From positions 3,054,430-3,086,429 of the forward strand of contig CBDCCK010000002.1 of the NCBI GenBank assembly GCA_965214835.1: a stretch of DNA of 32,000 nt, given 5' to 3'. A program made the translations under genes and the position numbers. The notes beneath the pieces were generated by a model. The model made no database searches, was not told where the DNA came from, and saw nothing but the letters and a program-made list of their open reading frames with translations. Position 1 is the first letter of the stretch. The number at the start of each line of letters is the position of its first letter. Below, piece after piece: positions 26,307 through 32,000 of the stretch. The DNA is from Nitrosopumilaceae archaeon. Its GTDB lineage: Archaea > Thermoproteota > Nitrososphaeria > Nitrososphaerales > Nitrosopumilaceae.

Positions 26307-26719
26307 CAGTCAGAGAGCTTGTCGCCGCATCCGGGGCAGAACTCGGCGTCTGCCGTGCACGTGCGGGTGACTGCCTTGGTCTCTGGCTTCTTTTTTGGGG
26401 CCGCCTTTTCAGGATGCGGAAAGTCGTGGAACTTGCGCACGTTATAGCTGCGCGAGTTCGGCTCTTTGCGGGCCTCCTTTGGGACCGAGCCGTCTGCCGG
26501 CCCGGATCCGGACGCCGGTATCTGCTGGCCGAGCAGTGTCCTTAGCCGTTCGATTTCCTCTTGCTGCTGCTGGATCACTTTCTGCAGCTGTCCGATTTCC
26601 TCTTGCTGCTGCTGGTTCTCGTTTTCAACCTTCTCCACCCTTGACCTCATGTGTTCAAACAGGCGGATCACGTCGGGAATTCTCCAGTCCACGTCCGTAA
26701 TGTCAGGATCCCCAACCAA
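26141..26719 (-). CDS. IS66-family transposase, N-terminal part (coiled coil plus zinc finger)
   Basis: A Q/E-rich heptad region (QQQEEIGQLQKVIQQQQEEIERLRTLL), then CPGCGDKL...YCKSCKKK (CxxC...CxxC). Confidence 0.8.
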   Translation of the reverse strand: MVGDPDITDVDWRIPDVIRLFEHMRSRVEKVENENQQQQEEIGQLQKVIQQQQEEIERLRTLLGQQIPASGSGPADGSVPKEARKEPNSRSYNVRKFHDFPHPEKAAPKKKPETKAVTRTCTADAEFCPGCGDKLSDWCERYTRKSKDLVDGKWTETEWDVTKRYCKSCKKKRAAPCPACCRTSITARASSG

Positions 26720-26861
26720 TACCCGGAAGGCAGATCCTGGGATCTTTATGTGTTGTGATTCCTCCAGATCTTCCTGCTAACCCGGGGTGCTGCTCAAGGG
26801 GGCCTCCAAGGTGGCAAGATTCACGCCTGAACTTCCCGAGCCCGACCTGTTACTAAAAAAG

Positions 26862-26927
26862 TCTAACGAGGCACTTGAAGTAATTATCCTTCCGGTTCCA
26901 CGCATAATCATAAAAAGAATAGCATAG
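26862..26927 (+). pseudogene. 3' part of the interrupted small ORF (see 23740..23910)
   Basis: After in silico removal of both IS elements and one copy of each TSD, the frame continues VLRIKK-SNEALEVIILPVPRIIIKRIA-stop. Confidence 0.4.
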
Positions 26928-26992
26928 CAGACTGCATAAACGAAAACAATAGGCTGTGGTGTAGATTAGAAGTTATTCAACAACAAAAAGTA

Positions 26993-27003
26993 CCCCCCCC
27001 CCC
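26993..27003 (+). repeat. C11 homopolymer tract
   Basis: gta followed by eleven C then agtgg, inside an otherwise A-T rich stretch. Confidence 0.9.
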
Positions 27004-27118
27004 AGTGGCCCACATCACATGAGTTAAAGAATTTTTGATCATCACTGTGGATCGCTGTAACATGCAGATACCAATTTTGTTGCGAGAAGGTTTGGTCATG
27101 ACTGAAAGCCAAGTTGGA

Positions 27119-27523
27119 CTAACCTGTACAATTGACTTTGAACAAATCCCAGAATCTGCTAGGGGACTTGGGCTCCCTGAGATACACCGTCATGCACTCC
27201 TTGAACACCGGGCATCGTCGTGACGTTTTGCACCCTGGATTCCTCGACAGAGCAGTGCCCTGGCAGTTATTCACTCGTTGAACAGTATCATCGAGTAGTA
27301 AAAGTACAGGCATCCTGGTGGCCAGGTCGGCGGTCCGGGTCTTGGCCCTGCATTCTGTCTTGGCGCATCCTGTCTCGATTCCCCACCTTGACGAGTACGA
27401 CTCGATCCTGATTCCGGGCAGGTTCGCTGCAAGCCCGATGGACTTTTTCTCCGGCCTGTCCTCCTTTGATGCATCCATGGGCCTGCCGTCATCCCCGGAC
27501 TTTTTCCTCTCCGTTACTATCAT
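27119..27523 (-). pseudogene. DDE transposase remnant (IS4/ISH3-like), copy B
   Basis: ESYSSRWGIETG (Y-x2-R-x3-E signature), then frameshifted LYFYYSMILFNEW. 27164..27351 repeats 22436..22623. Confidence 0.55.
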
Positions 27524-27812
27524 CTAATACGTGGCTGAGCTCGTGCTGTTCCCGATGACGTTTTTGGATGCCCGGGGCCTGTCCCTGCGGCCGAACCCGT
27601 CTAGCGCTGCGACCGCGCTGCCCGTGTTCCTGCACGGCATCAGGAACCTTACCCCCTCTCCTGCAGCATGGCAATCACCACCGGCAGGGGGGACGTGACC
27701 TCGTACTCGAGGAATGTTTTTGGGAACCGGAAGGAAAAAAGCCGCGGCTTGATGCCCCGTGCGCTCAAAAAATGAAAAGGACGTTTAATTACGTCCGCAG
27801 CTGAAACAAGGC

Positions 27813-30263
27813 GTGAGGGCCATAATCATCATGCTGATTGCAGCCGTTGCAGTGGCATCAGGCACGTCAGCTGCGCACTCTATAGGGACAAACGTGGAGT
27901 CGGTAAAGTTCATCCAGTATTTGGACGAGAATACGGCGCTAGAGGAGGTCCGCAACGGAAACCTGGACATGTACTACTTTAGGATCTCCCCAGACAGGAT
28001 TGAGGACGTCCAGTCAAGGGAGGGCCTGAAGGTCTATGACTCGACGGGCGGATCCTACAGCATCCTGGTGAATCCGGCCGAGCCCAAGGATGGATACAAT
28101 CCGTTTTTTCACAGAGACGCCAGATTTGCGCTAAACTACCTGGTGGACAGGAAGCTGATCGTAAACGAGCTGATGGGCGGGTACGGCGTGCCGATGATCT
28201 CAAACTATGGCCCGTTTGATCCCGAGTACCTTACGATTCTGGGCCAGCTAGAGGAGTTTCAGTTCAGGTACAACCCCAGGCTGGCCGAGCAGATGATCTC
28301 AGACGCGCTTGAGGCAGGCGGGGCAGAGAAGATCGGCGGCATCTGGACCTTTGAGAAAAGGCCGGTCACGGTTACCGTCTTTATCAGAAGCGACGACCCG
28401 GTAAGAAAGTCCATCGGCGAGATTCTGGCAGCAGAGCTGGAGGCCCTGGGCCTCGTGATCGTCAAGGACTATGGGGATCTGAACAAGGCCTTTGTCGTAG
28501 TATACGGCTCAGACCCGGCAGACAACAGGTGGAACCTGTACACCGAGGGGTGGGGGGGACGCTCTGCCTTTGTCAGGTATGATCCAGTCGGCCTGGCGCA
28601 GATGTACTCCCCGTGGTTTTCAAACACGCCGGGATTCAACGATCCGGACTACTGGAACTATGAAAATGATCACCTAGATAAAATCACGCAGAGGATCTAC
28701 ACAGGGGACTTTGACTCCGAGGGGCAGAGAAACGATCTGATACGGCAGGCCACGGAGGAGGCAGTCAACGAGTCAGTCAGGGTGTTTCTTGCAAGCAAGA
28801 TAGACCAGTACGTGGTAAGCGAGAACGTAGACGGCGTGATCAACGACTTTGGCGCGGGAGTGCCCACAAGGTTTACCCCCATCAATGCCAAAACGGACGA
28901 CGGGGAGCTTGTCATAGGGGTCAAGCAGATCTATCAGGGGGCGTGGAATCCGGTAATGGGCCTGACTGACAGCTACAGCACGCACATTTGGAACCCAATC
29001 AACGATCCCGCGCTGTTCAAGCACCCGTTTACCGGGGACACGATACCGATCAGGGCCCAATGGAGCGTGGAGACGGACGGGCCCGGGCATAAAATCGATG
29101 TCCCCGGCGACGCAATCCTGTGGAACCCGCAGACGCAGGCCTGGGAGGGCGTAAGGGACGGGCAGGCCACAAGCAAGGTAACCTTTGACTTTGAGTTTGG
29201 GAGATGGCACAACGGCCAGGCGGTGGACATCTATGACATGCTGTACATCGCATACTTTGATCTAGAGTGGGGAGAGGCCGTTGACGAGGAGGACAGGACG
29301 GTGGACTCGGAGTTCACCCCCCAGGCGGCCCAGATGGTCTCCAGCATAGTCGGGATAAGGCCCGTCGGGAGCTCGCAAATCGAGATGTATGTAGACTATT
29401 GGCATTTTGACGAGTCAGAGATTGCGCACTGGGCGGCATTATGGGGCAGCATGATGCCGTGGGAGGTCTTTGCATCCATGGAAAAGTCGGTACTGGATGG
29501 AAAGATGTCGTTTTCACGGTCTGGTGCTGCAAGCAAGAACGTAAGCTGGCTGTCGCTGATCGTCCCCAACGACGCCCGGATCATAGGGGAGAATCTTGAA
29601 GAGTACGGCCGGGAGGGCTTTGTTCCTGCGCCCCTGAGGGGATTTGGGCTGGAGGAGGACTATTTTGACTCAAGGTACGGCGCCACTGCAGGATGGATTG
29701 AGCGGATGGATCACGCAGTAATCAGCAACGGGCCGTTTTACCTGGAATCATATGCCCCAGAGTCAAGGACGATCACGCTTGCCGCGTTTGATGATCCGGA
29801 CTATCCGTTTGGGCAAGGGCACTGGTCGGAGTTTGAAGGCGCTGACTTTCCAAGGATAACAGGCTTTGAGGTTCCAAGGATAATTCCAAAGTCAGAGAGG
29901 ATCGAGCTGCACATAGAGACGGAAAACGCATCGGAGATAAGGTACTTTGTCTCAAATCAAAACGGCATAGTAGAGTCGCAGACGATACGCACAGGGTCAG
30001 GCAGGGACATCATCGAGATACCAGGCGAGGTAGTCGTGGAGGGCACAAACAGTATCAAGGTCTTTGCAGTATCCGATGAGGTGCTGAGGCCGGATTTGTA
30101 CGAGACAAGCTTCGTGGTAAGCGAGGGCGCCGTATTGATTGACGAGGGCGGCATGGGGAATGTCCCGAAAATCAGCAGTGCGGATTATTCGTGGGCATAT
30201 GCGGCAATTGCCCTTGCAGTTATTGCGCCAACAATTATTGCAGTCAGGATGAGGCTAGGTTAG
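27813..30263 (+). CDS. Extracellular solute-binding protein, family 5 (peptide/nickel ABC-type SBP), C-terminally membrane anchored
   Basis: 816-aa ORF with a GTG start and signal peptide RAIIIMLIAAVAVASGTSAAHS. DARFALNYLVDRKLIVNELMGGYGVPM is typical of SBP_bac_5. C-terminal TM YAAIALAVIAPTIIAV. Confidence 0.8.
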   Translation: MRAIIIMLIAAVAVASGTSAAHSIGTNVESVKFIQYLDENTALEEVRNGNLDMYYFRISPDRIEDVQSREGLKVYDSTGGSYSILVNPAEPKDGYNPFFHRDARFALNYLVDRKLIVNELMGGYGVPMISNYGPFDPEYLTILGQLEEFQFRYNPRLAEQMISDALEAGGAEKIGGIWTFEKRPVTVTVFIRSDDPVRKSIGEILAAELEALGLVIVKDYGDLNKAFVVVYGSDPADNRWNLYTEGWGGRSAFVRYDPVGLAQMYSPWFSNTPGFNDPDYWNYENDHLDKITQRIYTGDFDSEGQRNDLIRQATEEAVNESVRVFLASKIDQYVVSENVDGVINDFGAGVPTRFTPINAKTDDGELVIGVKQIYQGAWNPVMGLTDSYSTHIWNPINDPALFKHPFTGDTIPIRAQWSVETDGPGHKIDVPGDAILWNPQTQAWEGVRDGQATSKVTFDFEFGRWHNGQAVDIYDMLYIAYFDLEWGEAVDEEDRTVDSEFTPQAAQMVSSIVGIRPVGSSQIEMYVDYWHFDESEIAHWAALWGSMMPWEVFASMEKSVLDGKMSFSRSGAASKNVSWLSLIVPNDARIIGENLEEYGREGFVPAPLRGFGLEEDYFDSRYGATAGWIERMDHAVISNGPFYLESYAPESRTITLAAFDDPDYPFGQGHWSEFEGADFPRITGFEVPRIIPKSERIELHIETENASEIRYFVSNQNGIVESQTIRTGSGRDIIEIPGEVVVEGTNSIKVFAVSDEVLRPDLYETSFVVSEGAVLIDEGGMGNVPKISSADYSWAYAAIALAVIAPTIIAVRMRLG

Positions 30264-30740
30264 ACGATAATCGGAGGCTATCTGCTCTATGTCACCCTCC
30301 AGCCTTGCCTTGGAATAGTCCTCTAGCAGGTTTTGGTTCAGGGTATAAAACGTATGGCCCCACCTGAACTTGTCAAGCAGCCTTAGCGACTCGTCCCTCA
30401 GCCCCATGACAAACAGCGCGCCGGATACGGCCTCAACGGTAGTCAGCTTGCCTATCTTGGAGTAGTTTACGGGGTTTCCGGCAAGCATCGGGGGCAGCCT
30501 TCGTCGGATCCCTGCGAGTTTTTTGGAAAAGACGCCATCGGCCAGGCTCCAGGAGCAGTCGACGGCGGTGATGGAGGCGGATCTGTCAGAGGGAAGCAGG
30601 TATCGCGTCGCAAACGGATCCAGGACTATGGTGCTGGCGGAGGTTTTTTTGATGTTTCGCGCAAGGCCGAGCCTTACCAGCCTTACGGCAGTGCACTTGT
30701 CAGGATCGTCCTGCCTGAGCATCAATACCTGGACTCTCAA
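30255..30740 (-). CDS. tsr3: 16S rRNA aminocarboxypropyltransferase Tsr3 (DUF367 family)
   Basis: DPDKCTA, VLDPFA...LLPSD, ITAVDCSW, RRRLPPMLAGNPVNYSKIGKLTTVEAVSGALFVMG and FRWGHTF match the Tsr3 pattern. Confidence 0.8.
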   Translation of the reverse strand: MRVQVLMLRQDDPDKCTAVRLVRLGLARNIKKTSASTIVLDPFATRYLLPSDRSASITAVDCSWSLADGVFSKKLAGIRRRLPPMLAGNPVNYSKIGKLTTVEAVSGALFVMGLRDESLRLLDKFRWGHTFYTLNQNLLEDYSKARLEGDIEQIASDYRLT

Positions 30741-30892
30741 CGGATGACATCAGGGATGCGGTGGTATTAATTATTCAGTAGCCGAGTCTACGCCCCGCAC
30801 CGGTACCGCCGCGCCAGCCCGCAGTGGCTTTGGTGATCCGTAAGATCGCTGTGCGCCATCCGGCCCTGCATCGGGTGCGGCCAGGCCAGTGC

Positions 30893-32000
30893 CTAGTCGG
30901 ACTCGGTATAGATGGGCCCAAACGACAGCCCCCTCATGATCTCCTGCATCCTCTTTTGCTCTGCAAGTATGGCCTCCTCCAGGCGGTCAAGGCGCGCGTC
31001 CCCTCCGTCCAGATCCTCTGGCAGATCGTATGCAAGTACGGGTTCAAGCTCCGACATCAGCTGCGCGGCGTCAAAGACCAGCACGGCCCTGTCCTGCTCG
31101 GCCTGTACGAGCGCTGCAAAGTTGGAGTTCATCCTGGTCATCACGCCCCACGTCCCGTCCTGGTGGCGCTCAAACGGCTCTGGCACCAGCCTCGACCAAG
31201 TGCCGTACGAGTTCCGGGTCCACTCGCCGCCCCACTGGTCCTCCCACGTGTCGCTCAGCTTGTCGGTGCGCTGCAGCGATATGGCTACGGCATCATACTG
31301 GTTTCCCTTCTTGGATATCCCGGCAGTCTCCCTGGGTGCCGGGTTCAGCGAGTCGCCTTGCACCAGCAGGCCGTCGTTCATGTAGTTCTGCGCGCTCCAG
31401 CGCTGTACGTCCATCACATATATGACAAAGGGCTCGTGGTACATCTGCTCCCTGAAGAGCAGTCCGTCGACTGAGAGCTCCACGCACTTGGTTGGGTCAT
31501 CAGGTGACATGCAGCCGACAAGCGCCACGTCCAGCGTGGCCTCGCCCAGGATGTCGTTTGGATCCGTGTAGGTTGCATCCCGTATCTTGTAGGTCGAGTT
31601 TGTGGCATAGTCGCGCTCGAGATCGACGGTCAGTACTGCCTCGGACTGGCCTATGGACGAGCCCACCTCCGGCACCCCGAAGCCCATCTGGAACTGCTGT
31701 ACCCCTGTTACAGAGTGTGCCTTTAGCGTAAAGTCGTGTGTCGAATTGGTCTGTATTGATTCGCGCCTGTAATCTACGTGGTAATCAAGCACGTCGCGGC
31801 ATGTGCCGTCCATGGAGTACCCACAGCTTACCATCTGGCTGCCCGTCTGCGGCGATACGCCAAAGGTCGGCGCCGTCTGCCACTCGTCGTCATTGCCGCC
31901 GCCCGACGGTCGTTTGAATTCACCATCAATCCAGGTGCCCACGAGTGTCCAGCCCGATCTATCCATGCCCCATACGGCATATGTGAGCCAGTCCAGATCT
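30893..32000 (-). CDS. Hypothetical protein, 5' end beyond the window edge
   Basis: The frame stays open from 31966 to base 32000 (reads DLDWLTYAVWG upstream of the first Met). Protein-like composition, no family recognised. Confidence 0.7.
   Translation of the reverse strand, partial: DLDWLTYAVWGMDRSGWTLVGTWIDGEFKRPSGGGNDDEWQTAPTFGVSPQTGSQMVSCGYSMDGTCRDVLDYHVDYRRESIQTNSTHDFTLKAHSVTGVQQFQMGFGVPEVGSSIGQSEAVLTVDLERDYATNSTYKIRDATYTDPNDILGEATLDVALVGCMSPDDPTKCVELSVDGLLFREQMYHEPFVIYVMDVQRWSAQNYMNDGLLVQGDSLNPAPRETAGISKKGNQYDAVAISLQRTDKLSDTWEDQWGGEWTRNSYGTWSRLVPEPFERHQDGTWGVMTRMNSNFAALVQAEQDRAVLVFDAAQLMSELEPVLAYDLPEDLDGGDARLDRLEEAILAEQKRMQEIMRGLSFGPIYTESD

Larger units (their letters stand above)
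25017..26853 (-). mobile_element. Complete IS66-family insertion sequence (single-transposase type, no tnpA/tnpB-like ORFs seen)
   Basis: The TIR gtaacaggtcgggctccggaag (25017..) pairs with the reverse complement of cttcccgagcccgacctgttac (..26853), 21/22. A perfect 8-bp direct repeat taaaaaag lies at 25009..25016 and 26854..26861. Confidence 0.9.

Noticed and set aside
23740-26927. Naming the restored 82-aa ORF as a RelE/ParE-family toxin
   Set aside because: Only a vague N-terminal resemblance (SFSKDFKKQ…) is seen, and the C-terminal catalytic-region pattern is not recognisable. It is kept as TA-like architecture only.
30824-31731. + strand ORFs (216, 157, 131 and 79 aa) opposite the rightmost gene
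   Set aside because: These are low-complexity shadow ORFs antisense to a longer, protein-like minus-strand frame.
1-32000. tRNA, rRNA or other structured RNA genes
   Set aside because: A visual scan for T-loop (ggttcgaatcc-like) and rRNA-like segments on both strands found none. A covariance-model scan (tRNAscan-SE, Infernal) would be needed to be sure.

Overview
The gene content suggests a G+C-rich archaeal chromosome segment, possibly from a Thaumarchaeota/Nitrososphaeria-like organism. This is inferred from aSUI1 with a Zn-ribbon, Sec61-beta, Tsr3, a UPF0148 Zn-ribbon protein, a geranylgeranyl reductase and cofD-cofC. The backbone carries these housekeeping genes plus a class I methyltransferase, a CPBP intramembrane protease, a DUF2070-like membrane protein and a wHTH-nuclease. 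It also encodes several large secreted or membrane-anchored proteins of unknown function (985 aa, 458 aa, 495 aa, an 816-aa family-5 solute-binding protein, and one running off the right edge). Mobile DNA is abundant. There are two IS630-family copies, one complete with TIRs and a TA duplication in CTAG. There is one complete IS66-family element with GTAA-type TIRs and a perfect 8-bp target duplication. At least three decayed IS66-like copies, a decayed rve/IS481-like element, IS4-like and IS5-like transposase remnants, and three MITE-like families are also present. Two low-G+C islets stand out. One (about 13.2-14.1 kb) holds a trypsin-like protease fragment and a secreted protein. The other (about 23.6-23.9 plus 26.86-27.15 kb) holds a small overlapping two-gene cassette whose second ORF was split by successive IS630 and IS66 insertions and can be rebuilt in frame in silico. 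I found no rRNA or tRNA genes, cas genes, or recognisable complete defence system. A 2 x 36-bp repeat with a 38-bp spacer is the only CRISPR-like geometry. All family assignments come from motifs read by eye, and no database search was run.
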